From Antedon mediterranea (taxonomy: Eukaryota > Animalia > Echinodermata): DNA of 64,000 bases. A model generated the notes under the pieces. The model had not been told where the DNA came from and ran no database searches. It saw only the letters and a list, made by a program, of their open reading frames with translations. Of the stretch, positions 43,401 through 57,770 are shown piece after piece (positions within the stretch are counted from its first letter, which is position 1; each line of letters starts with the position of its first letter). The position numbers and the translations under genes are program-made. The stretch lies in assembly GCF_964355755.1 (NCBI RefSeq), contig NC_092680.1:16997045-17061044 (forward strand), in the 5' to 3' direction.

Positions 43401-46400
43401 CTGGATGAGTTGAATATTGAATACATCAATTGTCTTGATATGGGGTGTACATCTTTACTGGATGAGTTGAATGTTGAATGCATCACTTGTCTTGATATGG
43501 GGTGTACATCTTTACTGGATGAGTTGAATGTTGAATACATCAATTGTCTTGTCATGGGATGTACATCTTTACTGGATGAGTTGAATGTTGAATGCATCAA
43601 TTGTCTTGTTATGGGATGTACATCTTTACTGGATGAGTTAAATGTTGAATACATCAATTGTCTTGCTATGGGGTGTACATCTTTACTGGATGAGTTGAAT
43701 GTTGAATGCATCAATTGTCTTGTTATGGGATGTACATCTTTACTGGATGAGTTGAATGTTGAATGCATCAATTGTCTTGTTATGGGATGTACATCTTTAT
43801 TGGATGAGTTTAAGGTTGAATACATCAATTGTCTTGTTATGGGATGTACATCTTTATTGGATGAGTTTAAGGTTGAATACATCAATTGTCTTGTTATGGG
43901 ATGTACATCTTTACTGGACGAGTTGAATGTTGAATACATCAATTGTCTTGTTATGGGACTGACATCTTTACTGGATGAGTTGAATGTTGAATACTTCAAT
44001 TGTCTTGTTATGGGATGTACATCTTTACTGGATGAGTTGAATGTTGAATACATTACTTAATCTTGTTATGGGGTGAATATCTTAACTGGATGAGTTGAAT
44101 GTTAAATGCATCAATTGTCTTGTTATGGGGTGAACACCTTTACTGGATGAGTTGAATGTTGAATGTATCAATTGTCTTGTTATGGGGTGAACATCTTTAC
44201 TGGATGATATGAGTGTTAAATGCATCACTTGTCTTGTTATGGGATGTATATCTTTACTGGATAAGTTAAATGTTGAATACATCAATTGTCTTGTTATGGG
44301 ATGTACATGTTGACTGGATGAGTTGAATGTTGAATACATCAATTGTCTTGTTATTGGATGTACATCTTTACTGGATGAGTTGAATGTTGAATGCATCAAT
44401 TGTCTTGTTATGGGATGTACATCTTTACTGGACGAGTTGAATGTTGAATACATCGATTGTCTTGTTAAGGGACTTACATCTTTACTGGATGAGTTGAATG
44501 TTGAATACTTCAATTGTCTTGTTATGGGGTGTACATCTTTACTGGATGAGTTGAATGTTGAATACATCACTTGTCTTTTTATGGGGTGTACATCTTTACT
44601 GGATGAGTTGAATGTTGAATACATCAATTGTCTTGTTATGGGGTGTACATCTTTACTGGATGAGTTGAATGCTGAATACATCAATTATCTTGTAATGGGA
44701 TGTACATCTTTACTGGATGAGTTGAATGTTGAATACATCAATTATCTTGTAATGGGATGTACATCTTTACTGGATGAGTTGAATGTGAAATACATCAATT
44801 GTCTTGTTATGGGATGAACATCTTTACTGGATGAGTTGAATGTTGAACACATCAATTATCTTGTAATGGGATGTACATCTTTACTGGATGAGTTGAATGT
44901 TGAATTCATCAATTGTCTTGTTATGGGGTGTACATCTTTACAGAATGAGATGAATGTTGAATACATCAATTGTCTTGTTATTGAGTGTACATCTTTACTG
45001 GATGAGTTTAATGTTGAATACATCAATTGTCTTGTTATAGGGTGTACATCTTGACTGGATGAGTTGAATGTTGAATGCATCACTTGTCTTGTCATGGGGT
45101 GTACATCTTTACTGGATGAGTTGAATGTTGAATACATCACCTGTCTTGTTATGGGGTGTACATCTTTACTGAATGAGTTGAATGTTGAATGCATCACTTG
45201 TCTTGTTATGGGGTGTACATCTTTACTGGATGAGTTTAATGTTTAATACATCACTTGTCTTGTTATGGGATGTACATCTTTACTGGATGAGTTGAATGTT
45301 TAATACATCACTTGTCTTGTTATGGGATGTACATCTTTACTGGATGAGTTGAATGTTGAATACATCAATTGCCTTGTTATGGGATGTACATCTTTACTGG
45401 ATGAGTTGAATGTTGAATACATCAATTGTCTTGTTATGGGATGTACATCTTTACTGGATGAGTTGAATGTTGAATACATCACTTGTCTGGTTATGGGATG
45501 TACATCTTTACTGGATGAGTTGAATGTTGAATACATCAATTGTCTTGTTATGGGATGTACATCTTTACTGGATGAGTTGAATGTTGAATACATCACTTGT
45601 CTTGTTATGGGATGTACATCTTTACTGGATGAGTTGAATGTTGAATACATCACTTGTCTTGTTATGGGATGTACATCTTTACTGGATGAGTTGAATGTTG
45701 AATACATCACTTAATCTTGTTATGGGATGTACATCTTTACTGGATGAGTTGAATGTTGAATACATCAATTATCTTGTAATGGGATGTACATCTTTACTGG
45801 ATGAGTTGAATGTTGAATACATCAATTATCTTGTAATGGGATGTACATCTTTACTGGATGAGTTGAATGTGAAATACATCAATTGTCTTGTTATGGGATG
45901 AACATATTTACTGGATGAGTTGAATGTTGAATACATCAATTATCTTGTAATGGGATGTACATCTTTACTGGATGAGTTGAATGTTGAATTCATCAATTGT
46001 CTTGTTATGGGGTGTACATCTTTACAGAATGAGATGAATGTTGAATACATCAATTGTCTTGTTATGGGATGTACATCTTTACTGGATGAGTTTAATGTTG
46101 AATACATCAATTGTCTTGTTATGGGATGTACATCTTTACTGGATGAGTTGAATGTTGAATACTTCAATTGTCTTGTTATGGGATGTACATCTTTACTGGA
46201 TGAGTTGAATGTTGAATACATCAATTGTCTTGTTATGGGGTGTACATCTTTACTGGATGAGTTGAATGTTGAATACATCAATTGTCTTGTTATGGGATGT
46301 ACATCTTTACTGGATGAGTTTAATGTTGAATACATCACTTGTCTTGTTATGGGATGTACATCTTTACAGAATGAGATGAATGTTGAATACATCAATTGTC

Positions 46401-49400
46401 TTGTTATGGGATGTACATCTTTACAGAATGAGATGAATGTTGAATACATCAATTGTCTTGTTATGGGGTGTATATCTTTACTGGATGAGTTTAATGTTGA
46501 ATACATCAATTGTCTTGTTATGGGTGTACATCTTTACTGGATGAGTTGAATGTTGAATACTTCAATTGTCTTGTTATGGGATGTACATCTTTACTGGATG
46601 GGTTGAATGTTGAATACTTCGATTGTCTTGTTATGGGATGTACATCTTTACTGGATGAGTTGAATGTTGAATACATCACCTAATCTTGTTATGGGATGTA
46701 CATCTTTACTGGATGAGTTGAATGTTGAATACATCAATTGTCTAGTTATGGGATGAACATCTTGACTGGATGAGTTGAATGTTGAATGCATCAATTGTCT
46801 TGTTATGGGATGTACATCTTTACTGGATGAGTTGAATGTTGAATACATCAATTGTCTTGCTATGGGTTGTACATCTTGACTGGATGAGTTGAATGTTGAA
46901 TGCATCAATTGTCTTGTTATGGGATGTACATCTTTACTGGATGAGTTGAATGTTGAATGCATCACTTGTCTTGTCATGGGGTGTACATCTTTACTGGATG
47001 AGTTGAATGTTGAATACATCAACTGTCTTGTTATGGGATGTACATCTTTACAGAATGAGATGAATGTTGAATGCATCAATTGTCTTGTTATGGGATGTAC
47101 ATCTTTACTGGATGAGTTGAATGTTGAATGCATCACTTGTCTTGTCATGGGGTGTACATCTTTACTGGATGAGTTGAATGTTGAATACATCACCTGTCTT
47201 GTTATGGGGTGTACATCTTTACAGAATGAGATGAATGTTGAATACATCAATTGTCTTGTTATGGGATGTACCTCTTTACAGAATGAGATGAATGTTGAAT
47301 ACATCAATTGTCTTGTTATGGGGTGTACATCTTGACTGTATGAATTGAATGTTGAATACATCACCTGTCTTGTTATGGGGTGTACATCTTTACTGGATGA
47401 GTTGAATGTTGAATGCATCAATTGTCTTGTTATGGGATGTACATCTTTACTGTATGAGTTGAATGTTGAATACATCAATTGTCTTGTTATGGGATGTACA
47501 TCTTTACTGGATGAGTTGAATGTTGAATGCATCAATTGTCTTGTTATGGGATGTACATCTTTATTGGATGAGTTTAAGGTTGAATACATCAATTGTCTTG
47601 TTATGGGATGTACATCTTTATTGGATGAGTTTAAGGTTGAATACATCAATTGTCTTGTTATGGGATGTACATCTTTACTGGACGAGTTGAATGTTGAATA
47701 CATCAATTGTCTTGTTATGGGACTGACATCTTTACTGGATGAGTTGAATGTTGAATACTTCAATTGTCTTGTTATGGAATGTACATCTTTACTGGATGAG
47801 TTGAATGTTGAATACATTACTTAATCTTGTTATGGGGTGAATATCTTAACTGGATGAGTTGAATGTTAAATGCATCAATTGTCTTGTTATGGGGTGAACA
47901 CATTTACTGGATGAGTTGAATGTTGAATGTATCAATTGTCTTGTTATGGGGTGAACATCTTTACTGGATGATATGAGTGTTAAATGCATCACTTGTCTTG
48001 TTATGGGATGTACATCTTTACTGGATAAGTTAAATGTTGAATACATCAATTGTCTTGTTATGGGATGTACATGTTGACTGGATGAGTTGAATGTTGAATA
48101 CATCAATTGTCTTGTTATTGGATGTACATCTTTACTGGATGAGTTGAATGTTGAATGCATCAATTGTCTTGTTATGGGATGTACATCTTTACTGGACGAG
48201 TTGAATGTTGAATACATCGATTGTCTTGTTAAGGGACTTACATCTTTACTGGATGAGTTGAATGTTGAATACTTCAATTGTCTTGTTATGGGAAGTACAT
48301 CTTTACTGGATGAGTTGAATGTTGAATACATCACTTGTCTTTTTATGGGGTGTACATCTTTACTGGATGAGTTGAATGTTGAATACATCAATTGTCTTGT
48401 TATGGGGTGTACATCTTTACTGGATGAGTTGAATGCTGAATACATCAATTATCTTGTAATGGGATGTACATCTTTACTGGATGAGTTGAATGTTGAATAC
48501 ATCAATTATCTTGTAATGGGATGTACATCTTTACTGGATGAGTTGAATGTGAAATACATCAATTGTCTTGTTATGGGATGAACATCTTTACTGGATGAGT
48601 TGAATGTTGAACACATCAATTATCTTGTAATGGGATGTACATCTTTACTGGATGAGTTGAATGTTGAATTCATCAATTGTCTTGTTATGGGGTGTACATC
48701 TTTACAGAATGAGATGAATGTTGAATACATCAATTGTCTTGTTATTGAGTGTACATCTTTACTGGATGAGTTTAATGTTGAATACATCAATTGTCTTGTT
48801 ATAGGGTGTACATCTTGACTGGATGAGTTGAATGTTGAATACATCAATTGTCTTGTTATGGGATGTACATCTTTACTGGATGAGTTGAATGTTGAATACT
48901 TCAATTGTCTTGTTATGGGATGTACATCTTTACTGGATGAGTTGAATGTTGAATACATCACTTGTCTTGTTATGGGGTGTACATCTTTACTGGATGAGTT
49001 GAATGTTGAATACTTCAATTGTCTTGTTATGGGATGTACATCTTTACTGGATGAGTTGAATGTTGAATACATCACTTGTCTTGTTATGGGATGTACATCT
49101 TTACTGGATGAGTTGAATGTTGAATACATCACTTGTCTTGTTATGGGGTGTACATCTTTACTGGATGAGTTGAAAGTTGAATACATCAATTGTCTTGTTA
49201 TGGGATGTACATCTTTACAGAATGAGATGAATGTTTAATACATCACTTGTCTTGTTATGGGGTGTACATCTTTACTGAATGAGTTGAATGTTTAATACAT
49301 CAATTGTCTTGCTATAGGGTGTACATCTTTACTGAATGAGTTGAATGTTGAATACATCAATTGTCTTGTTATGGGGTGTACATCTTTACTGAATGAGTTG

Positions 49401-52400
49401 AATGTTGAATACATCAATTGTCTTGCTATGGGGTGTACATCTTTACTGAATGAGTTGAATGTTGAATACATATATTGTCTTGCTATGGGGTGTACATCTT
49501 TACTGAATGAGTTTAATGTTGAATGCATCACTTGTCTTGTTATGGGGTGTACATCTTTACTGGATGAGTTGAATGTTGAATGCATCACTTGTCTTGTTAT
49601 GGGGTGTACATCTTTACTGAATGAGTTGAATGTTGAATACATCAATTGTCTTGCTATGGGGTGTACATCTTTACTGAATGAGTTGAATGTTGAATACATC
49701 AATTGTCTTGCTATGGGGTGTACATCTTTACTGAATGAGTTGAATGTTGAATGCATCACTTGTCTTGTTATGGGGTGTACATCTTTACTGGATGAGTTGA
49801 ATGTTTAATACATCACTTGTCTTGTTATGGGATGTACATCTTTACTGGATGAGTTGAATGTTTAATACATCACTTGTCTTGTTATGGGGTGTACATCTTT
49901 ACTGGATGAGTTGAATGTTGAATACTTCAATTGTCTTGTTATGGGATGTACATCTTTACTGGATGAGTTGAATGTTTAATACATCACTTGTCTTGTTATG
50001 GGGTGTACATCTTTACTGGACGAGTTGAATGTTGAATACATCAATTGTCTTGTTATGGGATGTACATCTTTACTGGATGAGTTGAATGTTTAATACATCA
50101 CTTGTCTTGTTATGGGGTGTACATCTTTACTGGATGAGTTGAATGTTGAATACTTCAATTGTCTTGTTATGGGATGTACATCTTTACTGGATGAGTTGAA
50201 TGTTTAATACATCACTTGTCTTGTTATGGGGTGTACATCTTTACTGGACGAGTTGAATGTTGAATACATCACTTGTCTTGTTATGGGATGTACATCTTTA
50301 CAGAATGAGATGAATGTTGAATACATCACTTGTCTTGTTATGGGATGTACATCTTTACAGAATGAGTTGAATGTTGAATACATCACTTGTCTTGTTATGG
50401 GGTGTACATCTTTACTGGATGAGTTGAATGTTGAATACATCAATTGCCTTGTTATGGGATGTACATCTTTACTGGATGAGTTGAATGTTGAATACTTCAA
50501 TTGTCTTGTTATGGGGTGTACATCTTTACTGGATGAGTTGAATGTTGAATACATCACTTGTCTGGTTATGGGATGTACATCTTTACTGGATGAGTTGAAT
50601 GTTGAATACATCAATTGTCTTGTTATGGGATGTACATCTTTACTGGATGAGTTGAATGTTGAATACATCAATTGTCTTGTTATGGGATGTACATCTTTAC
50701 TGGATGAGTTGAATGTTGAATACATCACTTGTCTTGTTATGGGATGTACATCTTTACTGGATGAGTTGAATGTTGAATACATCACTTGTCTTGTTATGGG
50801 ATGTACATCTTTACTGGATGAGTTGAATGTTGAATACATCACTTAATCTTGTTATGGGATGTACATCTTTACTGGATGAGTTGAATGTTGAATACATCAA
50901 TTATCTTGTAATGGGATGTACATCTTTACTGGATGAGTTGAATGTTGAATACATCAATTATCTTGTAATGGGATGTACATCTTTACTGGATGAGTTGACT
51001 GTGAAGTACATCAATTGTCTTGTTATGGGATGAACATATTTACTGGATGAGTTGAATGTTGAATACATCAATTATCTTGTAATGGGATGTACATCTTTAC
51101 TGGATGAGTTGAATGTTGAATTCATCAATTGTCTTGTTATGGGGTGTACATCTTTACAGAATGAGATGAATGTTGAATACATCAATTGTCTTGTTATGGG
51201 ATGTACATCTTTACTGGATGAGTTTAATGTTGAATACATCAATTGTCTTGTTATGGGATGTACATCTTTACTGGATGAGTTGAATGTTGAATACTTCAAT
51301 TGTCTTGTTATGGGATGTACATCTTTACTGGATGAGTTGAATGTTGAATACATCAATTGTCTTGTTATGGGGTGTACATCTTTACTGGATGAGTTGAATG
51401 TTGAATACATCAATTGTCTTGTTATGGGATGTACATCTTTACTGGATGAGTTTAATGTTGAATACATCACTTGTCTTGTTATGGGATGTACATCTTTACA
51501 GAATGAGATGAATGTTGAATACATCAATTGTCTTGTTATGGGATGTACATCTTTACAGAATGAGATGAATGTTGAATACATCAATTGTCTTGTTATGGGG
51601 TGTATATCTTTACTGGATGAGTTTAATGTTGAATACATCAATTGTCTTGTTATGGGTGTACATCTTTACTGGATGAGTTGAATGTTGAATACTTCAATTG
51701 TCTTGTTATGGGATGTACATCTTTACTGGATGGGTTGAATGTTGAATACTTCGATTGTCTTGTTATGGGATGTACATCTTTACTGGATGAGTTGAATGTT
51801 GAATACATCACCTAATCTTGTTATGGGATGTACATCTTTACTGGATGAGTTGAAAGTTGAATACATCAATTGTCTAGTTATGGGATGAACATCTTGACTG
51901 GATGAGTTGAATGTTGAATGCATCAATTGTCTTGTTATGGGATGTACATCTTTACTGGATGAGTTGAATGTTGAATACATCAATTGTCTTGCTATGGGTT
52001 GTACATCTTGACTGGATGAGTTGAATGTTGAATGCATCAATTGTCTTGTTATGGGATGTACATCTTTACTGGATGAGTTGAATGTTGAATGCATCACTTG
52101 TCTTGTCATGGGGTGTACATCTTTACTGGATGAGTTGAATGTTGAATACATCAACTGTCTTGTTATGGGATGTACATCTTTACAGAATGAGATGAATGTT
52201 GAATGCATCAATTGTCTTGTTATGGGATGTACATCTTTACTGGATGAGTTGAATGTTGAATGCATCACTTGTCTTGTCATGGGGTGTACATCTTTACTGG
52301 ATGAGTTGAATGTTGAATACATCACCTGTCTTGTTATGGGGTGTACATCTTTACAGAATGAGATGAATGTTGAATACATCAATTGTCTTGTTATGGGATG

Positions 52401-55400
52401 TACCTCTTTACAGAATGAGATGAATGTTGAATACATCAATTGTCTTGTTATGGGGTGTACATCTTGACTGTATGAATTGAATGTTGAATACATCACCTGT
52501 CTTGTTATGGGGTGTACATCTTTACTGGATGAGTTGAATGTTGAATGCATCAATTGTCTTGTTATGGGATGTACATCTTTACTGTATGAGTTGAATGTTG
52601 AATACATCAATTGTCTTGTTATGGGATGTACATCTTTACTGGATGAGTTGAATGTTGAATGAATCAATTGTCTTGCTATGGGGTGTACATCTATACTGGA
52701 TGAGTTGAATGTTTAAAGCATCACTTGTCTTGTTATGGGATTTACATCTTTACTGGATGAGTTGAATGTTGAATACATCAATTGTCTTGTTATGGGGTGT
52801 ACATCTTTACTGGATGAGTTGAATGTTGAATGCATCGATTGTCTTGTTATGGGATGTACATCTTTACTGTATGAGTTTAATGTTGAATACATCACTTAAT
52901 CTTGTTATGGGATGTACATCTTATCTGGATAAGTTTATTGTTGAATACATCATTTGTCTTGTCATGGGGTGTACATCTTTACTGGATAAGTTTATTGTTG
53001 AATACTTCAATTGTCTTGTTATGGGGTGTACATCTTTACTGGATGAGTTGAATGTTGAATACATCACTTGTCTTGTTATGGGGTGTACATCTTGACTGGA
53101 TGAGTTGAATGTTGAATACATCAATTGTCTTGTTATGGGGTGTACATCTTTACTGGATGAGTTGAATGTTGAATGCATCAATTGTCTTGTTATGGGATGT
53201 ACATCTTTACTGGATGAGTTGAATGTTGAATACATCGATTGTCTTGTTATGGGATGTACATCTTGACTGGATGAGTTGAATGTTGAATACATCACTTGTC
53301 TTGTTATGGGGTGTACATCTTTACTGGATGAGTTGAATGTTGAATACATCACTTGTCTTGTTATGGGGTGTACATCTATACTGGATGAGTTGAATGTTGA
53401 ATGCATCACTTGTCTTGTTATGGGGTGTACATCTATACTGGATGAGTTGAATGTTTAATGCATCACTTGTCTTGTTATGGGATGTACATCTTTACTGGAT
53501 GAGTTGAATGTTGAATACATCAATTGTCTTGTTATGGGGTGTACATCTTTACTGGATGAGTTGAATGTTGAATACATCAATTGTCTTGCTATGGGGTGTA
53601 CATCTTTACTGGATGAGTTGAATGTTGAATACATCATTTGTCTAATTGTTATGGGATGTACATCTTTACTGGATGAGTTGAATGTTGAATACATCAATTG
53701 TCTTTCTATGGGGTGTACATCTTGACTGTATGAGTTGAATGTTGAATGCATCACTTGTCTTGTCATGGGGTGTACATCTTTACTGGATGAGTTGAATGTT
53801 TAATGCATCAATTGTCTTGTTATTGAGTGAACATCTTGACTGTATGAGTTGAATGTTGAATACATCACTTGTCTTGTCATGGGGTGTACGTCTTTACTGG
53901 ATAAGTTTATTGTGGAATACATCAATTGTCTTGTTATGGGGTGTACATCTTTACTGGATGAGTTGAATGTTGAATACATCAATTGTCTTGTTATGGGATG
54001 TACATCTTTACTGGATGAGTTGAATGTTGAATACATCACTTAATCTTGTTATGGGGTGTATATCTTTACTTGATGAGTTGAATGTTGAATACATCAATTG
54101 TCTTGTTATGGGATGTACATCTTTACTGGATGAGTTTAATGTTGAATACATCACTTGTCTTGTTGTGGGATGTACATCTTTACAGAATGAGATGAATGTT
54201 GAATACATCAATTGTCTTGTTATGGGATGTACATCTTTACAGAATGAGATGAATGTTAAATACATCAATTGTCTTGTTATGGGATGTACATCTTTACAGA
54301 ATGAGATGAATGTTGAATACATCAATTGTCTTGTTATGGGGTGTATATCTTTACTGGATGAGTTTAATGTTGAATACATCAATTGTCTTGTTATGGGATG
54401 TACATCTTTACTGGATGAGTTGAATGTTGAATGCATCAATTGTCTTGTTATGGGATGAACATCTATACTGGATGAGTTGAATGTTTAATGCATCACTTGT
54501 CTTGTCATGGGATTTACATCTTTACTGGATGAGTTGAATGTTGAATACATCAATTGTCTTGTTATGGGATGTACCTCTTTACTGGATGAGTTGAATGTTG
54601 AATACATCACTTGTCTTGTTATGGGGTGTACATCTTTACTGGATGAGTTGAATGTTGAATACATCAATTGTCTTGTTGTGGGATGTACATCTTTACTGGA
54701 TGAGTTGAATGTTGAATACATCAATTGTCTTGTTATGGGATGTACATCTTTACTGGATGAGTTGAATGTTGAATGCATCAATTGTCTTGTTATGGGATGA
54801 ACATCTATACTGGATGAGTTGAATGTTTAATGCATCACTTGTCTTGTTATGGGATTTACATCTTTACAGAATGAGATGAATGTTGAATACATCAATTTTC
54901 TTGTTATGGGGTGTACATCTTGACTGTATGAATTGAATGTTGAATACATCACCTGTCTTGTTATGGGGTGTACATCTTTACTGGATGAGTTGAATGTTGA
55001 ATGCATCAATTGTCTTGTTATGGGATGTACATCTTTACTGTATGAGTTGAATGTTGAACACATCAATTGTCTTGTTATGGGATGTACATCTTTACTGGAT
55101 GAGTTGAATGTTGAATGCATCAATTGTCTTGCTATGGGTGTACATCTATACTGGATGAGTTGAATGTTTAATGCATCACTTGTCTTGTTATGGGATTTAC
55201 ATCTTTACTGGATGAGTTGAATGTTGAATACATCAATTGTCTTGTTATGGGGTGTACATCTTTACTGGATGAGTTGAATGTTGAATGCATCACTTGTCTT
55301 GTCATGGGGTGTACATCTTTACTGGATGAGTTGAATGTTTAATGCATCAATTGTCTTGTTATTGAGTGTACATCTTGACTGTATGAGTTGAATGTTGAAT

Positions 55401-56430
55401 ACATCACTTGTCTTGTCATTGGGTGTACATCTTTACTGGATGAGTTGAATGTTGAATACATCAATTGTCTTGTTATGGGATGTACATCTTTACTGGATGA
55501 GTTGAATGTTGAATACATCACTTGTCTTGTTATGGGGTGTACATCTTGACTGGCTGAGTTGAATGTTGAATACATCAGTTGTCTTGTTATGGGGTGTACA
55601 TCTTGACTGGCTAAGTTGAATGTTGAATACATCAGTTGTCTTGTTATGGGATGTACATCTTTACTGGATAAGTTTAATGTTGAATACATCAATTGTCTTG
55701 TTATTGAGTGTACATCTTGACTGGATGAGTTGAATGTTGAATGCATCACTTGTCTTGTCATGGGGTGTACATCTTGACTGGATGAGTTGAATGTTGAATA
55801 CATCAATTGTCTTGTTATAGGGTGTACATCTTGACTGGATGAGTTGAATGTTAAATGCATCACTTGTCTTGTTATGGGGTGTACATCTTGACTGGCTAAG
55901 TTGAATGTTGAATACATCAATTGTCTTGTTATGGGGTGTACATCTTTACTGGATGAGTTGAATGTTCAATACATCAATTGTCTTGTTATTGGATGTACAT
56001 CTTTACTGGATGAGTTGAATGTTGAATACATCACTTGTCTTGTTATGGGGTGTACATCTTGACTGGCTAAGTTGAATGTTGAATACATCAATTGTCTTGT
56101 TATGGGGTGTACATCTTTACTGGATGAGTTGAATGTTGAATACATCAATTGTCTTGTTATTGGATGTACATCTTTACTGGATGAGTTGAATGTTGAATAC
56201 ATCAATTGTCTTGTTATGGGATGTACATCTTTACTGGATGAGTTGAATGTTGAATACATCACTTTTCTGGTTATGGGATGTACATCTTTACTGGACGAGT
56301 TGAATGTTGAATACATCACTTTGTCTTGTTATGGGATGTACATCTTTTCTGGATGAGTTGAATGTTAAATACATCAGTTTTATGGTTTCCGGTAGTGCAC
56401 ATCATTACTGGATAAGTTGAATGCATCACA
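40438..56430. repeat. 16-kb 57-bp tandem satellite, ~280 copies, with internal multi-kb duplications
   Basis: Unit TTACTGGATGAGTTGAATGTTGAATACATCAATTGTCTTGTTATGGGATGTACATCT; the 19-aa periodic ORFs are artefacts. Confidence 0.98.
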
Positions 56431-56629
56431 GACAACCTGAAATAATGAAGATCTTGCCCAAAGGGTGTTAGTTATATAGCTACAACTCGTTAGGGTGTGG
56501 TGGTGGAGAGTGTTTGGTAATTGATTATTCACTTCTTATTGAAATTCCCAATAAAATAGCAAAATAATTAAAATAGGGGCCTAACAAAAAGAAATAAAGT
56601 AGAATTGCATATTAAATTTATTGATCCGA

Positions 56630-57770
56630 TAAGACACATACAACCATGTAAAAAAAAATTATTTTAAAATAAATTCGCGATTTTGTAAACGAAAATTAGT
56701 AAGAGTTTGATTAAATAATGGACACAGACAACCATTTAAAACATTTATTTCAAAATAAACCCCTGATCTTGTGAAAGAAATTGGTTAAAGTTTGATCATA
56801 TAAAAGACACAGACAACCATTTAAAATAATTTATTTCAATATAAATTTGTGATCCCGTGGAAAAAATTGGGAAGAGTTTGATAAAATAAGACACAGACAA
56901 CCATTTAAAATAATTTATTTCAAAATAATCCCGCGCTCCTGTGAAAGAAATTTGTTAGAGTTTGATCAAATAAAAGACAGACAACCATTTAAAACATTTA
57001 TTTCAAAATAAACCCACGATTCTGTGAAAGAAATTAGACAGTTTGATCAAATAAAAGACACAGACAACCATTTAAAAAATTTATTTCAAAATAAACCCCT
57101 GATCTTGTGAAAGAAATTGGTTAAAGTTTGATCAAATAAAAGACACAGAAAACCATTTAAATAATTTATTTCAATATAAATTTGTGATCCCGTGGAAAAA
57201 ATTGGGAAGAGTTTGATAAAATAAGACACAGACAACCATTTAAAAATAATTTATTTCAAAATAATCCCGCGCTCCTGTGAAAGAAATTTGTTAGAGTTTG
57301 ATAAAATAAAAGACACAGACAACCATTTAAAATTATTTATTTCAAAATAAATTTGTGATCCTGTGAAAGAAATTAGGTGGAGTTTGATCAAATAAGACAC
57401 AGACAACCATTTTAAAACATTTATTTCAAAATAAACCTGCAATCCTGTGTAAGAAATTAGATATAGTTTTGATCAAATAAAAAACACAGACAACCATTTA
57501 AAAATAGTTTATTTCAAAATAAACCTGCGATTCTGCGAACATTTATTTGTAGAGTTTGATCAAATAAAAGACACAGACAACCATTTAAAAAAAGTTTATT
57601 TCAAAATAAACCTGCGATGCTGTGGAAAAAATTAAGTAAAGCTTAGAAAATAAAAGACACAGACAACAGTTTAAACAAATTTATTTCAAAATAAACCTGC
57701 GATTTGGTAGTTTTATCAAATAAGACACAGACAACTATTAAAAGAAAATTTGTTCCCAAAAATGTTTTCG
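56630..57770. repeat. ~80-bp AT-rich tandem satellite, ~14 copies
   Basis: GACACAGACAACCATTTAAAA..TTTATTTCAAAATAAA repeated. Confidence 0.9.

Noticed and set aside
40402-56356. Dozens of long ORFs with 19-aa periodicity (LNVEYINCLVMGCTSLLDE / YSTFNSSSKDVHPITRQLM), superficially LRR- or ankyrin-like
   Set aside because: They arise from a 57-bp unit (multiple of 3), are open on both strands, and are broken by scattered stops and 1-bp indels; no non-repetitive domain is attached
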